Shown one piece after another: positions 9,944 through 22,115 of a DNA stretch of 64,000 nucleotides. This DNA comes from Myxococcales bacterium (lineage in GTDB: Bacteria; Myxococcota_A; Polyangia; Polyangiales; DASUME01): NCBI GenBank assembly GCA_047601445.1, contig JASGJH010000001.1, forward strand, positions 2,880,001 to 2,944,000, read 5' to 3'. Made by a program: the position numbers and the translations under genes. Positions within the stretch are counted from its first letter, which is position 1. Every line of letters starts with the position of its first letter. The notes beneath the pieces were generated by a model. It was not told the origin of the DNA, did no database searches, and saw nothing but the letters and a program-made list of their open reading frames with translations.

Positions 9944-10633
9944 CTAGCGTCGGGGTCCTTCGACCGGCGCCCGCTGCGGACGCCCGCCCTTGACTATGAC
10001 TCCCTTCGCATCGACCGACGGATACTCTGGGCGCCCAGCCGGCCGTAATACCTGAATCACTACGCCCTTCGAATCAACTCGCGACTCGACCAGGTCGAGC
10101 GCGAGATCCGGACCGGCTTCTGGGAACAATCGTGCCCCCTGGCCGAGAATTACCGGGACGATGAGCAGCGTCATCTCATCCACCAAGTCGTTCATGAGCA
10201 ACCACCGGATCAGGGCACCGCTGCCGTGCACCTGCAGTTCACCACCGGGTTGCGCCTTCAGCGCTCGGATGGCCGCAAGGGCATCGTCTCCGGAGAGGAC
10301 CGTGGTCCCCGACCACGCAGGACGCGTGAGCGTGGTCGACACCACGTACTTGGGCCGTCTGTGCAGGGCCGTTCGCACATCCTCCCAGCCAGGAACCTCC
10401 TCCTCTCTCAGGACCCCCCAGGAGCTTTCGAAAATCTGGTAGGTCCGTCGCCCGAAGAGGAACGCGGCAGCGCGCTGATAGGTCTGGTTGATGAGGGTCT
10501 GGGTCGTCTGGTCGCCTCTTCCTCGGGCCCAGCCGCCGCGCTCGAATCCGTTCTTGCGGTCCTCGTCCGACGTGCCGCCGTTCCCCTGCATGACTCCATC
10601 GATGGTGATCTGAGTCATGGTCGTCAGCTTCAT
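9944..10633 (-). CDS. Dihydrofolate reductase-like (RibD C-terminal) protein
   Basis: TIDGVMQG, LFGRRTY, PKYVVS, VHGSGALI, PVILGQG. Confidence 0.9.
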   Translation of the reverse strand: MKLTTMTQITIDGVMQGNGGTSDEDRKNGFERGGWARGRGDQTTQTLINQTYQRAAAFLFGRRTYQIFESSWGVLREEEVPGWEDVRTALHRRPKYVVSTTLTRPAWSGTTVLSGDDALAAIRALKAQPGGELQVHGSGALIRWLLMNDLVDEMTLLIVPVILGQGARLFPEAGPDLALDLVESRVDSKGVVIQVLRPAGRPEYPSVDAKGVIVKGGRPQRAPVEGPRR

Positions 10634-10687
10634 GATCGCGGCCTCCTTGAGTGGACGCCGCCCTTCGATAGGCGGCCTCTCCCCTGC

Positions 10688-10714
10688 AACGAAGACCGCT
10701 GCTTCAACCCGACA
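10688..10714 (-). promoter_or_regulatory. Probable ECF42-dependent promoter of the DHFR-DGPF-sigma operon
   Basis: Minus strand TGTCGG-N17-CGTT, close to the ECF42 consensus as I recall it (TGTCGA at -35, CG-containing -10), about 55 nt upstream of the first gene. Confidence 0.6.
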
Positions 10715-10970
10715 CCGCCCCCGAATTTTTTCTCAAGAGCTCCCGGGCCCAGCGCCGAACGAAAAGACCGCCGAGTCACCAATCGTACACATGGGCCTAA
10801 AGGCGCGGATTGCGCACCTTCCCCGGAGCGTTACTTCGCGTCAGCATCAGTCGTGAATTGATCTGCAGAAGCAAAGGCATCAGCGGCGGGTCGTCGCGCG
10901 AGATCGGTGGGGTGAAGCCCGTCACGCCAGTCGATCGTAGGGCTGCTCGCGGTGGATACGTCAGGCCACG

Positions 10971-11606
10971 ATGTCGGTAGCCGTCCGCAGCGGAGAACTC
11001 GGCGAGCACCCCACCCTGCCACCGGGCGAGGGCCCCTTTCGAATCAAGGGGACTGGCTATCTCGGCCACATGCGCTGGGTCGAGCAACACTATCCGGGCG
11101 GCAGGCAAGCCTTCTTGGCTGCAGTCTCGCCTTCGATCCGCGCGTTTCTCGATCAGCCGTTCCTGGCCATGAGCCTGTTCGACATCATGCCGCTCATCTG
11201 CGCGGGCCACACGTGCGCCCGCGTCTGCAAGACCACTTTCTTTCAATTCATCGCCAACCGCTCCGGACACCAAGCCCAGCAGGATCTCACCACCCTGCAC
11301 CGCGCGCTGCTCAAGCTCGCGAGTCCGCGCATGGTCGCGTCGCGCGTACCGATGCTGATGTCGCAGTACTTCGACTTTGGCGAGACCGCCGTGCTGGAGT
11401 CCGATGCCAAGTCAGTGCGCTTCGAGTTGTCTAGCATTCCCGTGATGTACGCCGAGTGGTTGCACGCGGTGTACGACGGCTTCGGTCGCACGCTGGTCGA
11501 GGCCACCGGCGGAGTGTCACCACGGCTCTCCGTCGAACGCGTCCCCCTGGGCAACGTTCGATCCTTCCCGGCCTGCAAGCTACGCGGCACGATGAGCTGG
11601 CAATGA
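10971..11606 (+). CDS. Myxobacterial hypothetical protein (DUF2378/V4R-like)
   Basis: Globular composition, IKG motif near the N-terminus, ends in W-Q as in this myxobacterial family; family call tentative. Confidence 0.7.
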   Translation: MSVAVRSGELGEHPTLPPGEGPFRIKGTGYLGHMRWVEQHYPGGRQAFLAAVSPSIRAFLDQPFLAMSLFDIMPLICAGHTCARVCKTTFFQFIANRSGHQAQQDLTTLHRALLKLASPRMVASRVPMLMSQYFDFGETAVLESDAKSVRFELSSIPVMYAEWLHAVYDGFGRTLVEATGGVSPRLSVERVPLGNVRSFPACKLRGTMSWQ

Positions 11607-11843
11607 CCGCGGTGCACCAGATGGATTTGGCGGAGCCATTGACGAAGCCATAGACGGCCCCAACTACCATGGCGTGCGCTGATTCGCTTCGACGGTGCAG
11701 TGGAGTGCTCCCAAGAGCAGGACCAACAGCAACGCCATCCGCCGCCCAAGACAGCCTCCCGGGCGCAGTCGCCAACGCTCACCGCATCTGTGCTGTGGAC
11801 GGCGCAAAAGCCGGCTGTCGATCCACGCTCTTCGTGCTCCCCG

Positions 11844-13444
11844 CTAGAGCGCCGCCTCGGGTGCCGGGGCGCGTTTCAATGCGCGGCGGGTCGTGTTCAG
11901 CTCCTCGCGGATGCAGGCATGGCAGTCTCGATTGAGCAAGCCACAGCCGGTACGGGGCTTGTCGTACCAGTATTCGACCGCGGGCAAGGACCTAGCATCA
12001 CCCAGCGTACGCAGCCGCCGCAAAGCCGCCGTTTGAACGCGACAATCGGTCCCGAGCTCCAAGCGAGCGAGCGCAGTCGCAAAGGGCGGAATCTCGACCT
12101 TGGTCGGCGGGTGCACGAGCCATCGCGCGGCCGCGGCGCGTTCCCGCCCATTCTTGGAGCGCGAGAGCACGTCGATTTGCGATTGCACGTCGGGCGCGGA
12201 CGCCGAAGGAGGGAGCGGCGGCGGCACCGGCGGCGCCGGCGTGCTCACTGCCACCGCTTCCACGCGGCTCACGGCCGGCGGGGCAGTGTTCTTCGCCTCC
12301 GGCTCGGATTTCACGGCTGCCATCACGACGCTGGTCACCACGACGAGGAGTGCCGCGAGACTGGACCAAACGACCTTGCGCGGGAGTCGGTCGACGAAGT
12401 CCCACAACGCCCGAAGCCGAGGCGGGGACGCCGTGAGCACGGTGTCCAAGATGCTCCGTAGCTGGGGCGGGGCATTGCGGAGCACGGTTGGAACGGAGAC
12501 GCCGTAAGCCTGCGCACTTGGGACGGCAGCGCGCGAGGCAAGCCCACGAAGCTGATCGCGGACTAGCCCCGCGTTTTGCATGCGGTCGCTCAGCTGAGGC
12601 GCGAGCAGCTTGTGCACCAGCGCCGCGAGCTCGGGAGGGGCTGTCCCGGTCCCTTGCGCGATTCGTTCGGCAAGAGTTGGCGAGAACTGCTGGGCGATGA
12701 TGCCCGTAAGATTGGGCGCGTCGAACAAGGCACGGCCCGCGAGCATCTCCCACAAGAGAACGCCCAGCGCATAGAGGTCTGCGCGCTCGTCCACGGGCCC
12801 GCCCCCCGCCTGCTCGGGGGCCATGTAGCCCGGTGTTCCGAGGACAGCGCCCACCTTCGTCAAAGCGCGCCCCGTGCCTCCGCCTTCTGTCTCCTGAGTC
12901 GGCGGACTCTCGATTCGGGCGATACCGAAGTCGAGGACCTTCACGAAGGGAGGTCCGCCGTGACGCGCTTCCAACAGCACGTTCTCGGGTTTCAAGTCAC
13001 GATGCACGATTCCCATGGCGTGCGCGGCGCTGAGGGCGTCCGCGATCTGCGCCCCGATCTCGCACACTTGCTGCCACGGCGCCCCGCCCACCTTGTCGAC
13101 GTGTGCCCGCAGGTTCGGTCCGTGCACCAGCTCCAACACCAAATACGCGCCGCCGTCAGGCAGGGTCCCGTAGTCCATCGCGCTGGCCACATGGGGGTGC
13201 TCCAGCTGCGCGCTGGCCATGGCTTCACGGGCGAAGCGCGCCGCGACCTCCTGGTTGCCGAGGAAGCTCGGATGGATGGTCTTGAGCGCGACCATCTTGC
13301 GCAGCCGCAGGTGCTCCGCGACGAACACCGTCCCCATGCCGCCTTCCGCCAGGAGTTCCTTGATGCGATAGCGATCGTCGATGATCCGGTCGAGCCATGG
13401 TGATGGCGGAGCCGGGGGGGGACGCTGCGACCAGACGGTTGCAT
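11844..13444 (-). CDS. Membrane Ser/Thr protein kinase; probable 1-nt loss in G8 run at 13414-13421 near the start
   Basis: LAEGGMG, VALK, HRDLKPEN, DFG, GTPGYMAPE; TM; Pro-rich linker; Cys-containing external domain. ATG 13444 joins the kinase frame if the run is G9. Confidence 0.88.
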
Positions 13445-13620
13445 GGACTACCGATCGTGCTGCACCGGAGCACACGGGTTGAAACGGTTCCGCTTCTGGC
13501 AAGGCTTTTGGTAGGACATGGGCGCTCGGAAACCTAGGCCGTAGCAAGGGTACGCCAAGGTACCCCAGCTTTCTTCGTGCCTGCTTCATCAAATTCTGCC
13601 CCCCGTGGGACTCATGCACC

Positions 13621-15508
<1,888 letters not shown>

Positions 15509-15546
15509 GCGGGGGTCGTCGCAACAAGAGAAAGAGCGTTTGATCC

Positions 15547-15810
15547 CTACGACAGCAGCTTCTGAAGTCCCAAGAACGCTCCGGCCCCCGCCAGCATCGG
15601 AACGCCTCCCAGGATGTACAGGGGAATGGCGTCGAACGGCCAGTAGGTGAACACGGCCAGCAAGGCCGCGAAGGCGACGACACCCGATCCCATGATGGGC
15701 CCCCAGACCGCCAACGTCCCACGCACATTCGTGCGGGTGAGAGCCTTGCGAAAAGCCTCCTCCTCTTGCGTCCTGCGCTCCTCGGTCGTCATCCGCGCCT
15801 CCGCCGCCAA
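15547..15810 (-). CDS. Small two-TM membrane protein
   Basis: Charged N-terminus and two hydrophobic helices; fills the gap between genes. Confidence 0.65.
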   Translation of the reverse strand: MAAEARMTTEERRTQEEEAFRKALTRTNVRGTLAVWGPIMGSGVVAFAALLAVFTYWPFDAIPLYILGGVPMLAGAGAFLGLQKLLS

Positions 15811-15926
15811 GTGTACTCGCGGCTACCAGCGGGGAAGGATGAGTTCGACCCCCCCGCTACGCTTCACCCCGAACGCTCGACCTTCGCGCTTGCCCTGAAA
15901 CGACCTTGATTGGTCTCATCTTCGGC

Positions 15927-17306
15927 ATGAACCGCGCACTCTGGTTACCGTGGCTGGCCGTGATCTTCGGCTGCTCGACTTCCGATCCCGAGGACAGGGG
16001 CCACGTCGATGCGGGCTCTGATACGGTCTGCGCCTCCGTGAAATGCGACGCGCACGCTGAATGCTTCGAGCAAGACGGCGCTGGCACGTGTCGCTGCAAG
16101 CCTGGCTATTCGGGCGATGGCAGCACGTGCACGGCCGTGGTCGATCCATGCATCGCGGCGGGCACCTGTCCGGAGGGGGTCTGGGTGCGTCACGTGCTGC
16201 CAGGCATCGCGAGCATCGACACGGTTCAGAGCGTGGTCGGCGATCCCGTCCGTCCGAGCGACTTCTACGCCTTCGTGGGGAGCAACAGCGGGCCCACGAT
16301 CAAGGTGTACGCCAGCACCGACTTCGGCGAGACCTGGGAGAATCGCAACGTCACCGCAGAGCTGACTGGAAATCCCTGGGGGGCATCCATCGATCCCAAT
16401 CCCAAGCGCGATCCTTCCACTGCCCCTACCCTGTGGTCGCCCTCGGGCTATGGCGCGGGCGGCGCTTGGCGCTCCACGGACGGTGGACGAACGTGGCAGC
16501 GCTCCGAGGCCTGCGACACCGCGTTCAAGCCCTACAGTCCCTTCGGAGGTACCGACCTCTATCACGTCCAGATCTTGCCCGACGACCCGCCCAATCACGT
16601 CCTCGCGACCTACCACTACTACTTCCGCGACAACTCGGAGGGCGGCTTCGGCGAGACCTGGGACGGCGGGCAGACCTGGGTCGTGCATCCACCGCCCGTA
16701 GGCGTGGGAACCTCGCACTACGTGGTCCCCGTCGACGCCACCACCTGGGTGGTCATCGCGCAGGACAACAACGGCCAAAACGGCATCTGGCGGACCACGA
16801 CCGCTGGGCGCACGGGCGGAAGCGCCGCCAAGAAGTTCCGCGACGGCACCATCGACGCCGCTGCCTGGCAAAAGGTCGACACGCTCGAGCACGCGCACGG
16901 GAGCCATCAAAACGTGCGCCTGCCGGACGGATCACTGCTGGTCACGGGCTGGGTCAACGGCGCGGTCAGCCGCGACATGGGAGCGACCTGGCAGCACTTC
17001 AGCGAAAACGGTAGCTGGGCGCCGCCGCACCAGTTCGAGCAAGCGAACATGACGAACATCGCCGTCACCGAACGCTTCGCGTACACCAACTTCCTGGCCA
17101 ACCCCACGCTCGCGCGCGCGCCCCTCAATGCATTGGTGGGTGCGGCGAACTGGGACGTCGAATACTGCGAGCGGCCCGCGAACTACACCGTCGGCGGAGG
17201 TCCCTTCGGCATGGCGTCCTCGTACAACGCTGACGCGTCGCGTTGGGTCGTGATCGCAGGCTCGCTGGACGGGTCGATCTGGAAGTACGTGGAGCCGCCG
17301 CCCTGA
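15927..17306 (+). CDS. Lipoprotein with EGF-like domain and BNR/Asp-box beta-propeller
   Basis: Lipobox IFGC; CASVKCDAHAEC...CRCKPGYSGDGSTC; Asp-boxes STDFGETW, STDGGRTW, TWDGGQTW, SRDMGATW. Confidence 0.88.
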   Translation: MNRALWLPWLAVIFGCSTSDPEDRGHVDAGSDTVCASVKCDAHAECFEQDGAGTCRCKPGYSGDGSTCTAVVDPCIAAGTCPEGVWVRHVLPGIASIDTVQSVVGDPVRPSDFYAFVGSNSGPTIKVYASTDFGETWENRNVTAELTGNPWGASIDPNPKRDPSTAPTLWSPSGYGAGGAWRSTDGGRTWQRSEACDTAFKPYSPFGGTDLYHVQILPDDPPNHVLATYHYYFRDNSEGGFGETWDGGQTWVVHPPPVGVGTSHYVVPVDATTWVVIAQDNNGQNGIWRTTTAGRTGGSAAKKFRDGTIDAAAWQKVDTLEHAHGSHQNVRLPDGSLLVTGWVNGAVSRDMGATWQHFSENGSWAPPHQFEQANMTNIAVTERFAYTNFLANPTLARAPLNALVGAANWDVEYCERPANYTVGGGPFGMASSYNADASRWVVIAGSLDGSIWKYVEPPP

Positions 17307-17310
17307 GCGC

Positions 17311-17472
17311 TCACACCGCCCGCATGTATCTCTCGAGCCACCCCGCCATCGCGGCAAGCTCTGCGCGTCCGACGATGACCTGGTCGATCAAGGTCGCCGC
17401 CGTCTTCGCGCGGGCACAGCCCTGGAGGGCAACGACGACCAGAACTAGCAGAACGAACGCATGCCGAGCCAT
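17311..17472 (-). CDS. 53-aa small lipoprotein
   Basis: Shorter than any ORF in the track. MARHAFVLLVLVVVALQGCARAKTAATLIDQVIVGRAELAAMAGWLERYMRAV with upstream AAGGAG and lipobox LQGC. Confidence 0.6.
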   Translation of the reverse strand: MARHAFVLLVLVVVALQGCARAKTAATLIDQVIVGRAELAAMAGWLERYMRAV

Positions 17473-17533
17473 TCGGGGAGCTCCTTGGCCGACAGCGGCA
17501 CGAGATGGACGACAGCTTCCCTCGCAGCTCTAC

Positions 17534-18482
17534 TCACGCGGCCGCCTCCGCCTCCTCGCACCGCTCCCTGACGAACCCACTCATCGCTTTCCAGGCCATT
17601 CGGCTCTCTTCGAGCCAGGGCAAGGTGAGCGGCCAGTCGTGTTGCATGCGCGGCCCCACAAGCAAGCGTGCATCGGTGCCGGACCGTGTCGCACGCGCGA
17701 CCACGTCTTCGGCATCCGAGCGCAGAACCTCGTGCTCGCCGACCAGCAAGAGCAGCGGTGGCAGGCCGCCTAGGTCGGCAAACAGGGGCGAGAGGAGCGG
17801 AGAGCGCAGGTCGATGCCTGCTGCGTAGTGGCTTCCCCAGCGTTCGAGATGGGCCCGCGTGAGCCAGCGGTCCTTGCCGTGATTGTCATCTACCGACGGC
17901 CCGGAGGCAGAGAAGATCCGTCCAGGGCGAGAGCATGATGGCTCCTCTGGGCTGGGGCAGGCCGAGCTCGCGGAGGCGGATCAGGACGCTCAGGACGAGG
18001 CCGCCGCCCGCAGAGTCTCCAGTGAGGAAAATGGGCACGTTCGGACGTAGCGCGCGCACGTAGTGATAGGCGGCCAGCGCATCATCGAGCGCCGCCGGGA
18101 ACGGATGCTCGGGGGCGAGACGATAGTCTGGCAGGAACACCTCGGCGCCCAGGCGGAAGCTCAGGCGCATCGCGCGATTGCGGTAGGACGCAGCCGAGCC
18201 GAACAAGAAGGCGCCGCCGTGCAGGTGAATGACGACGCAAGCCGGACCTTCGATCGCGCATACCGACTCGATGCTCAATCCATGGTGTCGATGGTCACCG
18301 AACACCAAGCGCGGATGCTTTCGCAGCATGGCCTCGCGGCTCACGTAGCCAAAGCGCTCGAAGCGGCTACGCATGATCGAGGGCGGTGTGTCCGCGCGAA
18401 AAAGTAGGCTGGTGAAGAGTCCGTATGCTTGCAACGACAGCGAGCGCTTCATGGTTGCTGCGGCTGATGGATGGTGCGCCAT
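17534..18482 (-). CDS. HSL-family (family IV) esterase; frameshift at about 17913
   Basis: HGGAF, DYRLAPEHPFPAALDD, GDSAGG, SPWTDL; continues after a 1-nt shift as ...SPLFADLGGLPPLLLLVGEHEVL...MQHDW. GGAGG before ATG 18482. Confidence 0.88.
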
Positions 18483-18603
18483 GGTTTGCCTCCGTTTCGG
18501 CCGCGTTCTCCGCGGCACGATCTGAACCTAGACCGCGGGGGCGCATCCGTACTTTGGCGAACCTGAAACGTGGCTGAGTGTTCCGTGAGGAACAGACGGG
18601 TGT

Positions 18604-19860
18604 CTACGCGCCGATCTCAGCCATGAAAGCGGCGAACTCTCGCTCGAACCTTCCCCAGGCGGGCTCCTCACCGAGCAGTGTGTGATTGCTGCTGTCGAGG
18701 AGAACGAAGCGCGCACCATGGATGCCGGCCGCGAGCTCCATGCCATCCTTCACGGGCACGACGCTGTCGCCGCGACTGTGAACCACCAGTGTGGGGACGC
18801 GAATGCGCGAGAGGTGTTCGCGAATGTCGAGGTCGCCGAGCGCGGACAGGAGGGCGGCCGCATTCGCAGGCGTGGTGGTGACGCGCTGCAACTCGTTGAA
18901 CCAATCGAGCTGCTCTGCGGTGCCGCCCGGAAAAAAAGAGGACGTGAAAAACTGCCGGAAGAGCGCGTGATCGGCGCCCCAGCCTTGACGCATCAACACC
19001 AATAGCGCTTCCATGCGTTCGGTCAGCCGCGGATGGCTCTTGACGCGCCAGCCCCGCACGCAGCCACCGACCAGGATCAGCGCCGAAACGCGCTCCGGGT
19101 GCTGCGCGGCGTACGCCGCGGCCACGGCTGCCCCTTGAGAAATGCCGAACAGCGGTGCCCGCTCGACGCCGGCGGCATCGAAGACGACGCCCAGATCGGA
19201 CACGAAATCCTCGAAGCGCAGCGTGGGCGGTTTCCAGTCCGACATACCGTTACCGCGAGCGTCGTAGCGGATGAAGCAGTGGTCGCGGCTCAGGCGCAGG
19301 AGCCAGTGAGTCCAGACCGGACTGTCCCAGTCGAGTTCGAGGTGATTGAGCCAGTTGGCGGCCTTGACGAGAGGCCGTCCCTCTCCTAGGCGCGCATAGG
19401 CGAGCCGCGACCCATCACGCGCCGTGCAGAACTGGATGCGCTGTGTTCGCGAGCGAGGATCACGCGGGGCCACGAAAGCCGCGTCGCTCTTGGCGGCCGC
19501 GGGCCGTGGCGCCGGCTGTGGACCAGGGTCTGGACTGACCTCGCGCACGTTCGCGTGCAGGCGATAGCCCTGTCCGCGCACGGTCTCGATTTCAACCCCG
19601 TCCACCCCGGCGAGCGCGCGCCGCGCGGCGGAGATGTTCTGCTGCAGGTTGTTCGGCTCGACCACCACGTCTGGCCACAGTCTGTCGAGCAACTGCTGCT
19701 GCTTCTGCAGGGTTCCCGCCCCTTCGACCAGCAGCACCAACGTGTCGAATGCCTTGCCGAGGAGGGGAATGACTTCTCCGTCGCGAAGCAATCGTCGCTC
19801 GTGTAGCTCGAGGAGGAACGGGCCGAACTGGTACACCTTGGCAACGTTCTCCCCAGACAT
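18604..19860 (-). CDS. Transcription regulator: OmpR/CadC-type winged helix fused to alpha/beta-hydrolase fold
   Basis: YQFGPF...IETVRGQGYRL; RYDARGNGMSD, GISQG, SSNH. Confidence 0.88.
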   Translation of the reverse strand: MSGENVAKVYQFGPFLLELHERRLLRDGEVIPLLGKAFDTLVLLVEGAGTLQKQQQLLDRLWPDVVVEPNNLQQNISAARRALAGVDGVEIETVRGQGYRLHANVREVSPDPGPQPAPRPAAAKSDAAFVAPRDPRSRTQRIQFCTARDGSRLAYARLGEGRPLVKAANWLNHLELDWDSPVWTHWLLRLSRDHCFIRYDARGNGMSDWKPPTLRFEDFVSDLGVVFDAAGVERAPLFGISQGAAVAAAYAAQHPERVSALILVGGCVRGWRVKSHPRLTERMEALLVLMRQGWGADHALFRQFFTSSFFPGGTAEQLDWFNELQRVTTTPANAAALLSALGDLDIREHLSRIRVPTLVVHSRGDSVVPVKDGMELAAGIHGARFVLLDSSNHTLLGEEPAWGRFEREFAAFMAEIGA

Positions 19861-19912
19861 AGGGCCATTATGGACGATTTTCGCGGACTTCCCAGGCCAA
19901 CCTGCCCGTGCG

Positions 19913-20842
19913 TTACATCAACGGTGCCAGCGCTTCGACGACGCGGCCGAACTGCTCCGCGTCGATCAGGCCACGCAGCACCTCGGGAAAGCGCGTATCT
20001 CGTACGCCGGAGAGAATGTACTGATAGCGATAGGCCTTCAGGAACGTGGCGCGCACGGCACCCTGCTCCGCGGCTACGAAGCTGCGCCCCGCGTGGGCCA
20101 GGAAGTAGCCGGCGTCCGCGTCGGACTGGATCTGCAGCATCCCGTCGACTGCGCCGACGAGCTCGATCAGCCCGTCGATGGCCCGCTCCCGCTGCGCGGC
20201 ATCGATCCGCTGGTTCTCCGCAAGCCACTCGAGCTCGTCGAGAACCGCGTGCTGGCTCTCCTCCATCCAGTGAAAACGAAACACGTCCTGGAAGAACGGC
20301 GAGAGCTGGTCGTCTTTCGCGATGCTCTGCTTGTAGTGGCTCTGCGTGTACAGCTCGACCATCAGGACGAGCGCCAAGACGGACCACGCGGGCTTCGCGA
20401 GCACTGCGCCCGCCACTTCGTTGGCGTCCAGCATGAAGCGATAGCCCTCCGGCATCGCCTCCGCGGCGAGCAGTTCGATGCGCCGGAACAGCTCCTGATG
20501 CTTCAGCTCCTCATCGCTGAAGCGCACGAGCGCTTCGAGCGCCACCTGATCGCCGAACAGGTGCCGCGCAGTGAGCTGGAGCACCGTGGCGTTCACGGAG
20601 CGCTCCACGAGCCCGAAGAGGTTGGCGTAGGTGCGCCCCTGCACCTGACTGAGGAAGATTCGCTCCGACTCGCGCAGAAACGGCAGCTCGTGAGCGAACG
20701 ACAGGCCATCGGGCAGGAACTTGTGCCCGCGTTCGAAGTGGCGGCCACGGATGACGTCGGCATCGATGTCCCAGCGGGCGCGCTTGGAGGCGTCTACGGC
20801 GCGGGCGTAGCGATGAGTCTCGTTCTGTGCGGTGGTAATCAT
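19913..20842 (-). CDS. Ferritin-like di-iron protein (AurF-like fold)
   Basis: Paired E...EExxH motifs: LVE...DEELKH and MVE...H...MEESQH; helical composition; GGAG RBS. Confidence 0.75.
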   Translation of the reverse strand: MITTAQNETHRYARAVDASKRARWDIDADVIRGRHFERGHKFLPDGLSFAHELPFLRESERIFLSQVQGRTYANLFGLVERSVNATVLQLTARHLFGDQVALEALVRFSDEELKHQELFRRIELLAAEAMPEGYRFMLDANEVAGAVLAKPAWSVLALVLMVELYTQSHYKQSIAKDDQLSPFFQDVFRFHWMEESQHAVLDELEWLAENQRIDAAQRERAIDGLIELVGAVDGMLQIQSDADAGYFLAHAGRSFVAAEQGAVRATFLKAYRYQYILSGVRDTRFPEVLRGLIDAEQFGRVVEALAPLM

Positions 20843-21082
20843 GATGGCTCTCTCCTTCTCGTGCGCATTCGCTGCGTCACTCGGAGAAACCTAGGCGCCG
20901 CGACGACCTGGGTCCTTTGAGGGACCTGAGTGCTTCCTGAAAGGATCCTGAGCCGCCGATCGGACCGATCCGAGCCAGAGGAAGCCCCGCGTTTCGATGC
21001 GTTTCCCCACCTTTTGACTGCAATTGGCCGAACAATTACTGGGCGACGTATCCTGGCAGGCTCCTGATACGTAGTGATCGAT

Positions 21083-21991
21083 ATGGAAGATCCGCCCGAT
21101 ATCCACGAACCCGGCCTATTCGAGCCGCGCTACAGCGCCTTTCTCGAGACGGTCGTTCACCTGCGCCCGCGGTTGCATCGCTATTGCGCGCGCATGACTG
21201 GCTCCGTACTGGATGGCGAGGAGGTGATGCAAGAGGCGCTCTTTCAAGCCTATCGAAAGCTCGATACGTTCGATGCAGAGAGGGCGCTGAGCCCCTGGCT
21301 GTTCCGGATCGCGCACAATCGCTGCGTCGATTTTCTGCGCCAGCGTGAGGCGCGGCAGGCAGCCGAAGCGGCCGTCACGAGCCCTGACCCGACGCCCGCG
21401 TGCGAACCCGAAGGCCGCGGGGTCGAGCGCGCCGTGGAGCACCTGGTGGTCCACCTCCCGCCGAAGGAGAGAGCCTGCATTCTCCTTAAAGACGTGTTCG
21501 ACTACTCGCTCGAGGAAATCGCCGAGCTGGTGGACTCGACGGTGGGCGGCGTGAAGGCGGCCTTGAGTCGTGCCCGGGCCAAGCTGGCGACCATCCCAGA
21601 GGCGAGCAGCAAGCCGGCGGCCAGCGAAGCGGAGTTGAGCTTGCTCCGCCTGTACGTCGAACGCTTCAATCGACGCGACTGGGACGGCGTGCGCGAGCTC
21701 ACCAGCCAGGATGCGCGCTTGCGGGTCGCCGATTGCTTCGCGGGGCGCCTCTCGGACTCGCCCTACTTCAGCGAATACGAGCATTCACGAGTCCCATGGC
21801 GGATGGCGCTCGGGCAGCTGGATGGCGCGACAGCAGTGGTCGTACTGCGCGATCTGGGCGGCGGGATGGAACCCACTGGCGCGGTTTTCCTGGAAGTCGT
21901 CGACGGACGGATCGCGCGCATCGCGGACTACTACAAGTGCCCGTGGATTCTTGGGGCTGCCGCGTCGATCGCCGTCGAAGGCGCCTCGTAA
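21083..21991 (+). CDS. ECF sigma factor with SnoaL-like C-terminal domain
   Basis: RYCARMTGSVLDGEEVMQE, WLFRIAHNRCVD, LPPKERACILLKDV, VKAALSRAR; YVERFNRRDWDG. Confidence 0.9.
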   Translation: MEDPPDIHEPGLFEPRYSAFLETVVHLRPRLHRYCARMTGSVLDGEEVMQEALFQAYRKLDTFDAERALSPWLFRIAHNRCVDFLRQREARQAAEAAVTSPDPTPACEPEGRGVERAVEHLVVHLPPKERACILLKDVFDYSLEEIAELVDSTVGGVKAALSRARAKLATIPEASSKPAASEAELSLLRLYVERFNRRDWDGVRELTSQDARLRVADCFAGRLSDSPYFSEYEHSRVPWRMALGQLDGATAVVVLRDLGGGMEPTGAVFLEVVDGRIARIADYYKCPWILGAAASIAVEGAS

Positions 21992-22115
21992 CCCACAGGG
22001 CGCGTATCCCGCGACGCCTCGGTTCCGTACTAGGAGCAGAAGGTTCGCCTCGGCGTGCCTTCCGGGCGCCGCCCGCAGAGCGCGCTCCCCAACCGGAAAG
22101 TCTGGAGGCCACGCG

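Noticed and set aside
13543..13558. Sigma54-like TGGC...TTGC upstream of the kinase (also near 58277)
   Set aside because: GG-to-GC spacing is 9 nt, not the required 10.
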